Sequence record: MT939240.1
DNA from: Enterococcus phage 9181
Strand: one strand, 5' to 3'
Length of the DNA stretch: 64,000 bases
Below, piece after piece: positions 1 to 8,268 of this stretch. How positions within the stretch are numbered: the first letter of the stretch is position 1; each line of letters starts with the position of its first letter. Under the pieces are notes generated by a model that saw nothing but the letters and a program-made list of their open reading frames with translations, was not told the origin of the DNA and searched no databases. Position numbers and translations under genes: made by a program.

Positions 1-959
1 TGATCCGTGGAGGTTTGCCACAGGTTGGGGTAGCACCTTATGGACAGGTGCATGCACACAGCACTGGCAATCCAAATAGTACAGCTAAGAACGAAGCTGA
101 CTACATGCAAACAAAAGACATCAACACAGGCTTCTACACACATGTTGTAGGTAATGGTCAAGTATACCAAGTAGCTGAGGTCAACCGTGGCGCATGGGAC
201 GTTGGAGGAGGTTGGAACCAATGGGGTTATGCTTCTGTAGAGCTCATCGAATCCCACCGTAACAAAGATGAGTTTATGAGAGACTACCGTATCTATTGTG
301 AACTGCTTTATGACTTGGCTAAACAAGCTGGTTTACCAACAACTGTGGATGTGGGTAACACAGGTATCATCACTCATAACTATGCAACGCATAACCAACC
401 TAACAACGGCTCTGACCATGTTGACCCAATCCCTTACCTAGCTAAGTGGGGAATTAACTTGGAACAGTTCCGTAAAGACATTGCCAACGCCAAAGGTAAC
501 AACTCTAGTAACAAGCCAGCTGCCAAACCTAGTCCAAAGCCATCTACTCCTAAAGGACATGACGAAGCTGTGGCGGCTTCTAAGCCTAAACACCAAGGAA
601 ATGCTTGGGGTAAGCTTGATAAGTATCGTGAAGAACCTGCTGGGAAAATCCGTGTAGCTGGTTGGCTAGTTCCTGACAAACCTAATGGAGCGATTGGTGC
701 AACGGCTTGGGTATTGTTTATGCAACATGGCACTAACAAAGAGTTGACACGTATCCAGTCTCAAGGTATTAAACGACCTGACGTTAAGAAGCAGTATGGC
801 TATCAAGGTGGAGACGCCCTAGGATTTGACGTAACTGTTGACAAGAAACAATTCAAAGGTAAGAAAGTAGACGTTATCCTACGCCGTGCCAACAACGGCA
901 AGAATGGAGAATCTCCAGTAAACGACGTGCGGATTGACGACATCTACTTGACACTATAA
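1..959 (+). CDS. Endolysin, N-acetylmuramoyl-L-alanine amidase (Amidase_2, LytA-like catalytic domain) with a P/K/S-rich linker and an unidentified C-terminal wall-binding domain. The 5' end probably runs off the window.
   Basis: The frame is open from nt 3. The translated N-terminus ([20 protein letters not shown]...NEADY...[10 protein letters not shown]...VELIESH...[18 protein letters not shown]) closely resembles the pneumococcal LytA / phage Hbl-Ejl amidase domain. The C-terminal 120 aa has no choline-binding repeats. A terminator follows. Confidence 0.85.
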   Translation, partial: IRGGLPQVGVAPYGQVHAHSTGNPNSTAKNEADYMQTKDINTGFYTHVVGNGQVYQVAEVNRGAWDVGGGWNQWGYASVELIESHRNKDEFMRDYRIYCELLYDLAKQAGLPTTVDVGNTGIITHNYATHNQPNNGSDHVDPIPYLAKWGINLEQFRKDIANAKGNNSSNKPAAKPSPKPSTPKGHDEAVAASKPKHQGNAWGKLDKYREEPAGKIRVAGWLVPDKPNGAIGATAWVLFMQHGTNKELTRIQSQGIKRPDVKKQYGYQGGDALGFDVTVDKKQFKGKKVDVILRRANNGKNGESPVNDVRIDDIYLTL

Positions 960-965
960 TATAGA

Positions 966-996
966 AGAGACTTCCTTCGGGAGGTCTTTTTTATGT
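966..996 (+). terminator. Rho-independent terminator after the endolysin gene
   Basis: Hairpin GAGACTTCC-TTCG-GGAGGTCTC followed by TTTTTT. Confidence 0.6.
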
Positions 997-1043
997 CTAT
1001 TATTAAAATTTAATAAGAAATTACAAAAACATGAAAAAAGTTC

Positions 1044-1073
1044 TTGACACATTTACCTACTTCTGTGTATAAT
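1044..1073 (+). promoter_or_regulatory. Sigma-A type promoter (TTGACA-18-TATAAT)
   Basis: TTGACA at 1044-1049 and TATAAT at 1068-1073. Confidence 0.5.
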
Positions 1074-1270
1074 GGTTTTGACCCACCAAATAGAAAAGAT
1101 TATCAATTGCGTTCTGAAAGAAGATAAGTGAGCTTTAGCGAACAGCGTTGAGTGGTTTTTCGAAACGCTTTGTACTTTACCTAGGGTTTTGGGTTTAAGC
1201 ACCAGTATAGAATTTTATAAATACTTTAAATAAGTTCAAACCAAAGCTCTCAAAAAACCTTTCGAGCTAC

Positions 1271-1296
1271 CCGTTGACACGGGTTTATTTTTTTCT
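1271..1296 (+). terminator. Hairpin CCCGT-TGAC-ACGGG plus T-run. It is terminator-like and embeds a TTGACA.
   Basis: A 5-bp GC stem followed by TTTATTTTTTT. Confidence 0.4.
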
Positions 1297-1306
1297 TAAA
1301 AGCATA

Positions 1307-1336
1307 TTGACAAGAAGTCCCATTCAATGGTATATT
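1307..1336 (+). promoter_or_regulatory. Sigma-A promoter with extended -10 (TTGACA-18-TGGTATATT)
   Basis: TTGACA at 1307-1312, and TGG followed by TATATT at 1328-1336. It lies upstream of the gene at 1362. Confidence 0.5.
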
Positions 1337-1361
1337 ATATACAGACGAAAGGAGTGGCTAA

Positions 1362-1601
1362 ATGAATTTACTTAAAGCAATTGGATATACACTATGGAAA
1401 TGGTTTGTAGTAATGGTACTATTCTTAGCAATAGCATTCGTAGTTACTTTTTCAATGATATGGGTATTTGAAGGTATGGAACACCTGTTTGGAAAAAATG
1501 CTATCGGCGTGGGTGTTTTAGGGGCAATTGGAGTTGGCTTAATAATTGCATTTATTGTGGACGTTATGGAGGCATACGAAGATAAGTTCAAGGAGGACTA
1601 A
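1362..1601 (+). CDS. Small membrane protein (79 aa, two hydrophobic helices)
   Basis: RBS AAAGGAG lies 7 nt upstream of the ATG. The ORF is hydrophobic. Confidence 0.65.
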   Translation: MNLLKAIGYTLWKWFVVMVLFLAIAFVVTFSMIWVFEGMEHLFGKNAIGVGVLGAIGVGLIIAFIVDVMEAYEDKFKED

Positions 1602-1604
1602 TTC

Positions 1605-1853
1605 ATGAAGCTTAGTATCAACGAGATTGAAGTTAAAGTTTTTGATCGTCAGTCTAAAGGTGTGGAACGCTTCTCCCATAATATAGTAGGAGAGCTGTTG
1701 AACGATGTTGTTAATACTGGAATGAACAAACACTTTAAAGATTGCGAGACACTTATTCGTAATGAGATTCTTAATAACTATGCACATGCCGTTGCCCAGA
1801 CTTATGTAGTGGATCACTTATTCTTAGAAGTGCCACTGATGATTAGATTATAG
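1605..1853 (+). CDS. Hypothetical protein (82 aa)
   Basis: RBS AAGGAGG. The gene is tightly packed after the previous one. Confidence 0.6.
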   Translation: MKLSINEIEVKVFDRQSKGVERFSHNIVGELLNDVVNTGMNKHFKDCETLIRNEILNNYAHAVAQTYVVDHLFLEVPLMIRL

Positions 1854-1865
1854 GAGGAATGTTAA

Positions 1866-2048
1866 ATGGAATTTGATGCAGCTATGAAAAAGATTATTGA
1901 GGACTTGGCAAAGTCACGTACAATGCTTGATGATATTCGCAGACACCGTTACAGCTTTACAGAAGAGGAGTACAAGCACCTTAAGAAGGCTATCCGATTG
2001 AATATGAGACTCCTCAATAAAGACCTAAAGGAGATGCGTGGGTATTGA
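1866..2048 (+). CDS. Hypothetical protein (60 aa)
   Basis: RBS TAGGAGG. Confidence 0.5.
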   Translation: MEFDAAMKKIIEDLAKSRTMLDDIRRHRYSFTEEEYKHLKKAIRLNMRLLNKDLKEMRGY

Positions 2049-2195
2049 AATTTGTATGGGTAATTGTCAATGTGATTTACAAAGACGTAGAGACAGTGTT
2101 TGACTCCGAAGAGAAGGCTCATAAGTGGTGGGAAGCTCGTAACCAATCCCAAGCCTACAAGATTGAAAAGAAAGTTTTGCGATAGGAGTGTAAAA

Positions 2196-2483
2196 TGGAT
2201 GGAATTAGTAGATAAAATGTTGTTCGCCAGAAAATATGCCATCAGACAAATCGTACTGGCTAAGAGGGAATATGTAGAGTGCCAAGAAATGTATCATAGA
2301 GCTTTGGAGCTCAATAGAAAAAGAGGTGGCACAGACGAGCTTGCGAAACGTTACATGCTCTATATGAAAAAAGAGTTACACGAAGCCCACAAAGACTTGG
2401 AATACCACCGCACGAACTTACGGATGTTCGAATGGGTGCTTAATCACAAACTTGGACATCATGTGCAAGTAACTAAAATTTAG
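2196..2483 (+). CDS. Hypothetical protein (95 aa; start moved to ATG 2196)
   Basis: AGGAG at 2181-2185 precedes ATG 2196. The longer ORF from 2100 lacks an RBS. Confidence 0.5.
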   Translation, partial: WMELVDKMLFARKYAIRQIVLAKREYVECQEMYHRALELNRKRGGTDELAKRYMLYMKKELHEAHKDLEYHRTNLRMFEWVLNHKLGHHVQVTKI

Positions 2484-2495
2484 GAGGCGTTGGCA

Positions 2496-2906
2496 ATGGC
2501 ATATGCAAAAGGACTAGACGGGAAGGTCTACAAGGATAAGGACGGAAACAAGTTTCATACCACAGATTTCGAGAACCTTCCCTACGAGCTGTGGAACTCC
2601 ACTACAGTGCTTTCATACTTGGATTGGTTAAATATTAATAAGTATGGTAAAGTTCCTGAGAAGCGTAACATGCAACAGACACGGGCGTTTATTAAGCGTG
2701 ATCTACAAACTTATGGGACAGCCGTTATCAAGGAGTTCTTACATCGTGCTGTACAGAGTTACAAAGGAAACATGGCATTCCCGACATTAAGCTACCCACA
2801 AGCTTTTTTATTGTACAAAGATAAGCTTATGGACAAGGCGATTGACTACACCGTCATGACTCGTGCATCAACATCAGAAATAGACTTAGATTCTATAGAG
2901 TGGTAA
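2496..2906 (+). CDS. Hypothetical protein (136 aa)
   Basis: AGGAGG at 2482-2487 precedes ATG 2496. Confidence 0.6.
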   Translation: MAYAKGLDGKVYKDKDGNKFHTTDFENLPYELWNSTTVLSYLDWLNINKYGKVPEKRNMQQTRAFIKRDLQTYGTAVIKEFLHRAVQSYKGNMAFPTLSYPQAFLLYKDKLMDKAIDYTVMTRASTSEIDLDSIEW

Positions 2907-3019
2907 GTCAAAATTATAGAGACTTAAATAAAGATTTAAGCTAAGCAGACTCTGCAATTATTAGCTTATTATTCATTGGGAGAATAACATTATTTCAATA
3001 ATCATTAGGGAGGTCACAC

Positions 3020-3178
3020 ATGCCACGTTTCAACTGCTACAAAATTGAATACATCGATTGGAAAGGTCGCTTAGGCACTGAGTACCTTTTCGCAGCGGAC
3101 GAAGAGGATGCGGAATACAATGCAAATAACATTCAAGGGCTCTATAAAGTTATATCAATAGAACTAGAATATATTTAG
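3020..3178 (+). CDS. Small hypothetical protein (52 aa)
   Basis: GGGAGG at 3007-3012 precedes the ATG at 3020. The ORF is below the 60-aa cutoff of the ORF track. Confidence 0.4.
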   Translation: MPRFNCYKIEYIDWKGRLGTEYLFAADEEDAEYNANNIQGLYKVISIELEYI

Positions 3179-3196
3179 CAAGAACCATTCTAATGC

Positions 3197-3225
3197 TTGA
3201 CATTACCTCCGTTTTATGGTATAGT
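3197..3225 (+). promoter_or_regulatory. Sigma-A promoter TTGACA-17-TGGTATAGT. It carries the conserved CTAATGCTTGACATTA motif.
   Basis: TTGACA at 3197-3202 and TATAGT at 3220-3225, preceded by TGG. Confidence 0.55.
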
Positions 3226-3288
3226 ATTAAGAGTAGAGAGATACGTTTCATCCATCTTTTTAACAACACTTTTAACGGAGGTTTTTCA

Positions 3289-4158
3289 ATGGCTAGAGGT
3301 TTAGAAGCTATCAAAGCAGCACAAGCAAGTGACGGAAAAAAGGTATCATCAATTCGTACTTATCTTAAGAAAGGCGAAAGCTTGTTAGTACGCATTCCAG
3401 AAACAGTCCTTGACACAATTAATGTAAAACAAGTAGTAAGCGTATGGGAACCACGCATTTTACCAACACTAGCTTATAAAGCTAACGGCATCACTGACAA
3501 ACGTGACTTGTTCGACGAAGCTTTAGAACTAATGAAAGCAGATCACTTCAAAGCAATCGCTAACGGAGAGATTGTAAAAGGTTCTGAGGAAGACAAGAAA
3601 TCATATCGCAACTCTTTGATTTTACAACCTAAACCAACATACTTGTTTAGTGTTATTCCTTTGGTAGACTTTACTCAAGGTAAGGCAACATTCCCAGCAG
3701 GCACACCAATCATTTTAGAAACAAACAATGGTAAGAACGGAGCCAACATTGAAGCTCTTATTTCTACTTTACAAAACTTAGAGCGAAAATTCAATACAAA
3801 AGCATTCACAATTACGGCAACGGGTTCTAATACCTTCTCAATCACTCCAGAAGACTTAGATGATGACCGAGCGGTAAGCAAAGAAGCTTTGAAAGTTTTT
3901 GAAGCAACTAAATCTTTAGAAACTTTACCAGAAGAACTTAAGGAGTTTTACACTCACGAATATGGTAAGTTAGCCGTTAAACAAGAATTGTTCGACAATG
4001 CTCTATTTGAAGCTAACGAAGAAAACCAACTAGGTAAACTTAAAGAAATTGGGTTCGACGTTACTCGCCTAGAAGGAATCAACGAACCATCAGAAGAAGA
4101 TGTTGCTGAGGCATTCGGAACATCTGACGAAGACCTTGAAAATGAGCTACCATTCTAA
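3289..4158 (+). CDS. Putative ssDNA-binding protein-like protein (289 aa) with an acidic C-terminal tail ending ...DEDLENELPF
   Basis: RBS GGAGG 9 nt upstream. It is the first gene after a strong promoter. The C-terminal acidic tail with a terminal F resembles the SSB DDDIPF / T7 gp2.5 tails. The rest of the sequence is not recognised. Confidence 0.4.
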   Translation: MARGLEAIKAAQASDGKKVSSIRTYLKKGESLLVRIPETVLDTINVKQVVSVWEPRILPTLAYKANGITDKRDLFDEALELMKADHFKAIANGEIVKGSEEDKKSYRNSLILQPKPTYLFSVIPLVDFTQGKATFPAGTPIILETNNGKNGANIEALISTLQNLERKFNTKAFTITATGSNTFSITPEDLDDDRAVSKEALKVFEATKSLETLPEELKEFYTHEYGKLAVKQELFDNALFEANEENQLGKLKEIGFDVTRLEGINEPSEEDVAEAFGTSDEDLENELPF

Positions 4159-4190
4159 CGAATGGGGCTCTTCCCTTTAGGAGGAATACA

Positions 4191-4730
4191 ATGGAATTAG
4201 AAAAACAACCACCTATTGAAATGGATTTAGAAAAGACTTACGTCGTAATGAATCCCAAGCAATGGTTAGACATTGGTAACGCACTTATGGTAGCAAGCAA
4301 TCAATTGGAGTTTGCCGAGCAAGTATATACAGGCGACCCAATGGTTAAGTCACAAATGGTATTGGCAATCTACTCAGCAATTGGCGTTCTGAACAAGGTT
4401 CACTCCCGTTCGAAAGACTTTATGGACGACTCAGAAGTATCTGCTGACACCATGTTAGAATCCATTCATGACCAACTGGTTGACATGGCTGCCCAAGTTT
4501 ACCCACTGCTTAACGAAGAAGACAAACAAGCTTTGGTAGAGGATAAGAAGAAACTTTCCCAAGCGCTTAACAAAGAGTTCTCGAACCGAGTGTATAGTCG
4601 TTTATCAGACGATGACCAAGTTGTTGAGAAATTCGATAACGAAGAGGAATTGCATGGAATGGTTGACGCAACCTACTCCAATCATTTAGATGGAATGGTT
4701 GATGAAGCTTTCGGGGAGGTCACTAAATGA
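4191..4730 (+). CDS. Hypothetical protein (179 aa)
   Basis: RBS AGGAGG. Confidence 0.6.
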   Translation: MELEKQPPIEMDLEKTYVVMNPKQWLDIGNALMVASNQLEFAEQVYTGDPMVKSQMVLAIYSAIGVLNKVHSRSKDFMDDSEVSADTMLESIHDQLVDMAAQVYPLLNEEDKQALVEDKKKLSQALNKEFSNRVYSRLSDDDQVVEKFDNEEELHGMVDATYSNHLDGMVDEAFGEVTK

Positions 4731-5146
4731 AGTCTGATCCAATAAAGTCAGTCATTAAAATCTACCGTGACGATACCTACAACAAAGAGTTTAGCTTAGA
4801 GTTCTTCAAAGAGGACTTGGACTATGACAATTCAGATGGTGCTGATACACATTTGTGGACACCTACAACGTTCATGCTAGGTGTTGGAGAGTCTCTGAAA
4901 GTCCTTTGTGATGAAGCTATGATGATCTTATTAAATGACCCACCTGAATTACCAAGCGTTTTAAACATAGATGTTGAGTTCCTTTTGCAAGGAATGGATT
5001 TACAAGCACATACAGTATTCGCTTCAAACGCCGTTATTAAAACTAGTGTAGAAGCTCAGTCAGAGCGCCTACTAACACAACTTGTTCCCCAAATTACGGA
5101 ACATCTTAAGAAGTACATTAACCCTCAGCCAGAAATGAGTGAGTGA
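4727..5146 (+). CDS. Hypothetical protein (139 aa)
   Basis: ATGA start/stop overlap with the upstream gene. Confidence 0.6.
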   Translation: MKSDPIKSVIKIYRDDTYNKEFSLEFFKEDLDYDNSDGADTHLWTPTTFMLGVGESLKVLCDEAMMILLNDPPELPSVLNIDVEFLLQGMDLQAHTVFASNAVIKTSVEAQSERLLTQLVPQITEHLKKYINPQPEMSE

Positions 5147-5348
5147 TATGGACTATTCTAAATGGTATGTGGGAGACAAGGTGTTCTACCAAGGTCAAAC
5201 CTGTGCCAACACCGTTAAATACGGGGAAGAGTATGAAGTGGTTAGGTTGGTATCAGGAAAGCCTCACCATGCTTTCATCCTTGATGACTTAGGGAATGAG
5301 AAGCTTATCCAAATGAGTTCACTATTTGTTAAGGTAGGTGGTAAGTAG
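5139..5348 (+). CDS. Small protein with a KxGDxV SH3/KOW-like motif (69 aa)
   Basis: Overlapping start. The motif YVGDKVFYQGQ recurs in several other proteins in the window. Confidence 0.5.
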   Translation: MSDMDYSKWYVGDKVFYQGQTCANTVKYGEEYEVVRLVSGKPHHAFILDDLGNEKLIQMSSLFVKVGGK

Positions 5349-5391
5349 TGATTTACAAAAGCTATTTATTAGAAAAGTTTGATTATAACGC

Positions 5392-5420
5392 TTGACAAAT
5401 GATCCATAATATGGTATAGT
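5392..5420 (+). promoter_or_regulatory. Sigma-A promoter TTGACA-17-TGGTATAGT driving the non-coding/tRNA unit
   Basis: TTGACA at 5392-5397 and TGG followed by TATAGT at 5412-5420. Confidence 0.55.
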
Positions 5421-6050
5421 ATTATTATTGATAAATAAGATGACATTTTGAGTCACATGCAAGGTAGCTGCGGGCACAGTTATCTTGCTTCTCTTAGGGG
5501 AGTGGCGTGAGGCATACGCACCGTGGAAGACACGGGGAAGTCAATAATTCATGAATAAACCTTCCATTATCTCTGGTTCGAATCCAGTCTTCCCTATAAC
5601 CTACAAAAGTAGGTCAATTAATTGGCGGTGGTTGCACGCCCCTTGATGATCGTTCGCTCAGTAACACGGTTGTCATTAACTCAATTAAGATGTTAAGCCT
5701 GAGCCATCTAACGAGAGTGACTGGTTGCATACGCCATGGACAAATGCGATCGAGGTTCCGTGCTAGTGCCTTAAGGGTAGCTCCCATAGCACCTTACATA
5801 TTTCCGTGACAAAGAGTTGTAAGAAGTGTATTCCTCTTTGGTTCGACTAGTCTTTACTAGCTCGTACGAGTTCGCAAGAAACTTAGGCAGACGTGCCCTT
5901 CCCACAAGTCAGCCGGTCAGGTGGGTTGCAGCGGATGTTCTCGTTGAAGCTGTCGTAAAGTGGACACCCTTGACCACTATAAATAAAGTTGCATAGGGGC
6001 GGAGACGTGGTAGTTAACCCTTGGGCATAAGCTTCTCTGCTCAAGTAAAT

Positions 6051-6121
6051 AGGTGAGTAGTGTAATGGTATCACAACGGACTCCAAATCCGTTAATGAGG
6101 GTTCGACTCCTTCCTTGCCTG
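6051..6121 (+). tRNA. tRNA-Trp (anticodon CCA)
   Basis: Hand-folded. The acceptor AGGTGAG/CTTGCCT forms 7 bp with 2 GU pairs. The anticodon arm is ACGGA-CTCCAAA-TCCGT. The T arm is GAGGG-TTCGACT-CCTTC. The D arm is GTGT..AATGG. No CCA is encoded. Confidence 0.6.
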
Positions 6122-6125
6122 TTAT

Positions 6126-6197
6126 AGCCACGTGGTGTAATGGAAAGCACAACAGACTTCTAATCTGTTAGTGGAGGTTCAAATCCTTCCGTGGCTG
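6126..6197 (+). tRNA. tRNA-Arg (anticodon UCU)
   Basis: Hand-folded. The acceptor AGCCACG/CGTGGCT is a perfect 7 bp. The D stem is GTGT/GCAC. The anticodon arm is ACAGA-CTTCTAA-TCTGT. The T arm is GGAGG-TTCAAAT-CCTTC. Confidence 0.65.
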
Positions 6198-6679
6198 TTG
6201 GAATGGCGATGGGTAACATGGACTGTCCGCCACCCAAGATGTGCTGCTTTCATACATCTAAAAGATGAGCCCTCGGTGCAGGTCGTTGAAAAAGCTTAGT
6301 ACTTTGTCTTCTATATGGGGACTTGGTAAGATGAGCCCTGACATTGGCTATCTCGTCATAGCCCTTGTAACCACGCCACGATTCTTTCGACAAAATACAT
6401 GGATTTCCGTGGTGGTGTGGGATTTGTTAGTTGGCAAGCAACTTTAAAACTTGATATTAGAGCGAGACTTAATGGCTCGTCAGTCAGATAAGACAGAAAC
6501 ATCAGTGGTTGGAGCTTTTACACTTAAAACAAAAAGATGGATAAGTTAGGCGTTACTTGTGAAGTGTTGCTAGAAGTTGATCGCTCTGGTGGGAGGTGCA
6601 AGTCCTCTCACGCCTATTGGGCAAACGCCCATTACCACATAAGGTTGAAATTCCTTGCATTTTTCATTCCTCCCTTTTG

Positions 6680-6712
6680 ACCCACTGTAGCGGCAACTAC
6701 GGTGGGGTTTTT
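6680..6712 (+). terminator. Rho-independent terminator ending the tRNA/non-coding unit
   Basis: A 10-bp stem CCCACTGTAG / CTACGGTGGG followed by TTTTTT. Confidence 0.65.
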
Positions 6713-6716
6713 TAAT

Positions 6717-6746
6717 GTTGACGTAAACACTTACTATATGGTATAC
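6717..6746 (+). promoter_or_regulatory. Sigma-A promoter TTGACG-18-TGGTATACT
   Basis: TTGACG at 6717-6722 and TATACT at 6741-6746, preceded by TGG. Confidence 0.5.
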
Positions 6747-6776
6747 TACATACATACTTTAAAAGGAGGAACTTAA

Positions 6777-6971
6777 ATGATTCCAGTAGAAATATTTAAC
6801 GATAGTATAGGGCAGTATGAAGAGTTACACCTCAACGCATTTCATGTAATGCAAAGCCACCCTATGGGAGAAGGCTACTTCCATGTAATTCTTACGAGTG
6901 GTAGTAGACTTAAATGCAGAGGTAAATACAACCTGTTCCTATCTCGTATGAAAGCCGTTCTGAAAGGATGA
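6777..6971 (+). CDS. Hypothetical protein (64 aa)
   Basis: Strong RBS AAAGGAGG. Confidence 0.55.
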   Translation: MIPVEIFNDSIGQYEELHLNAFHVMQSHPMGEGYFHVILTSGSRLKCRGKYNLFLSRMKAVLKG

Positions 6972-6975
6972 TTAA

Positions 6976-7929
6976 ATGATCGAGAATTACAACCTTGGTA
7001 ACGGTATTGTCATTCAGATTGATATAGCCGAATATTTACAACGTTTCGAATGGGAGAATGCACGGTGGAAAGAGGATCGCTTAATAGCCTCCTCTCCATT
7101 CCGTAATGATGGTTCTCCCTCATTTTATGTAAACTTCAACAATGATTGGAGCGGTACAGCAGGTGATTCAGGAACTGGACAGACATGGAATTTAGTAGGA
7201 CTTACAGCAGAGCTTTATGGGATCACTTATGAAGAGGCGTTCGAACAGCTTCGGGACGAGTTCTTTGTCAAACCTTACGAAGTTCCAGACATTTCCATTA
7301 AACTTAGAACACCTGAGGTTGCGTCATCCTTTGACTTGCCTCCCGTGAAGTTTTCAGGATACCTAAACGACCGAGGCATTACACTAGAGACTCAGAAAGC
7401 CTATCGAATATCAGAAGGAGACGGAGCCATTAACTTGCCATACATAGATGGAAGCGGAGTTGTAAGAGCCATTAAGCATCGTAAGATAGCTGAGAAAGAT
7501 TTCTGGTATGAGTCTGGAACACATTCTATTAATGATCTACTTTTCGGATACCATTTAATATATGAGCAGAAACCTTCTACACTGTGGATATGCGAGGCTG
7601 AGATAGATGCCATGTCAGCTCATGAAATGGGCTATATTGGGGTGTCCACAGGTTCCGCACACATATCTGAACGTCAGATAGAACTCATCTGTAAGACGGG
7701 CGTTTCCAATATTGTGGTTGCAACCGATAACGACCTAGCTGGGAATAAGGCGTCTGGGGAGATTGTAGAACTCCTTAAGGATAAGGATCAATTCAACCTT
7801 TACAGAGCATTGCTACCTCTTGGCAAAGACCTTAACGAATACTTAATGAAGTATCCCTCAAAAGTAAAAGTAAAGAAGTTAAGTAGTGTGGGTAGCCTTC
7901 GCAAAAAGATATGGTTCAAGGCTGTTTAA
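6976..7929 (+). CDS. DNA primase, DnaG-like TOPRIM domain protein (317 aa)
   Basis: TOPRIM motifs: CEAEID (Glu) and VATDNDLAGN (DxD). Confidence 0.7.
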   Translation: MIENYNLGNGIVIQIDIAEYLQRFEWENARWKEDRLIASSPFRNDGSPSFYVNFNNDWSGTAGDSGTGQTWNLVGLTAELYGITYEEAFEQLRDEFFVKPYEVPDISIKLRTPEVASSFDLPPVKFSGYLNDRGITLETQKAYRISEGDGAINLPYIDGSGVVRAIKHRKIAEKDFWYESGTHSINDLLFGYHLIYEQKPSTLWICEAEIDAMSAHEMGYIGVSTGSAHISERQIELICKTGVSNIVVATDNDLAGNKASGEIVELLKDKDQFNLYRALLPLGKDLNEYLMKYPSKVKVKKLSSVGSLRKKIWFKAV

Positions 7930-7989
7930 GCTTGACAAAAACCCTTTCTTATGATAACATAAAAAGGTAATTAAAAAAGGAGGAAATAT

Positions 7990-8268
7990 ATGATTGGTCA
8001 CTATGTTAAGGTAATGTTAAAGAACGTCTCCAAGTTATTCTGGGGGTTCGTAGTACTAGGAGCAGCCGTTGAGCTAACTGTCGAAAAAGGGTATCTACAT
8101 TTAATGGGAGTTGTATCCATAGCTTGTATTATTGGATTGATTGGGCAATTCATCTATGTGTGCTTCCAGTACAACAAATTAAAGAAGCTTATGGTAAAAG
8201 AATTAAACGTTACACCTGAACGTGCTAAAGAGATTCTAAAAGAAGCTTACAAGGAGGAAGAAGATTAA
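7990..8268 (+). CDS. Small membrane protein (92 aa, 2 TM)
   Basis: RBS AAGGAGG. Two hydrophobic helices. Confidence 0.6.
   Translation: MIGHYVKVMLKNVSKLFWGFVVLGAAVELTVEKGYLHLMGVVSIACIIGLIGQFIYVCFQYNKLKKLMVKELNVTPERAKEILKEAYKEEED

Noticed and set aside
434-739. 101-aa antisense ORF within the endolysin gene, and similar antisense ORFs inside the tape measure gene (57440-59534), the polymerase gene (16318-17509) and elsewhere
   Set aside because: They are antisense to strongly supported large genes and have no RBS. Their low-complexity translations are typical of shadow ORFs.
2045-2182. 46-codon ORF (TTG/GTG start) overlapping the 5' part of the 2100-2483 ORF
   Set aside because: No RBS and weak start codons. 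Kept out of the features because the downstream ATG at 2196 with an RBS explains the region better. It could still be a real tiny gene.
6548-6617. Third tRNA-like segment with a long variable region
   Set aside because: The acceptor pairs 6/7 and the T-stem is fine, but the T-loop is TGCAAGT (G at position 55). No convincing D arm or anticodon arm could be drawn by hand. Left as a possible pseudo-tRNA for tRNAscan to test.
5883-6755. ORFs 5883-6152(-), 6265-6447(+) and 6570-6755(-) in the tRNA/non-coding unit
   Set aside because: They overlap the two hand-folded tRNAs and the terminator. They lack RBSs, and the 6265 ORF arises from the duplicated AGATGAGCCCT repeat.
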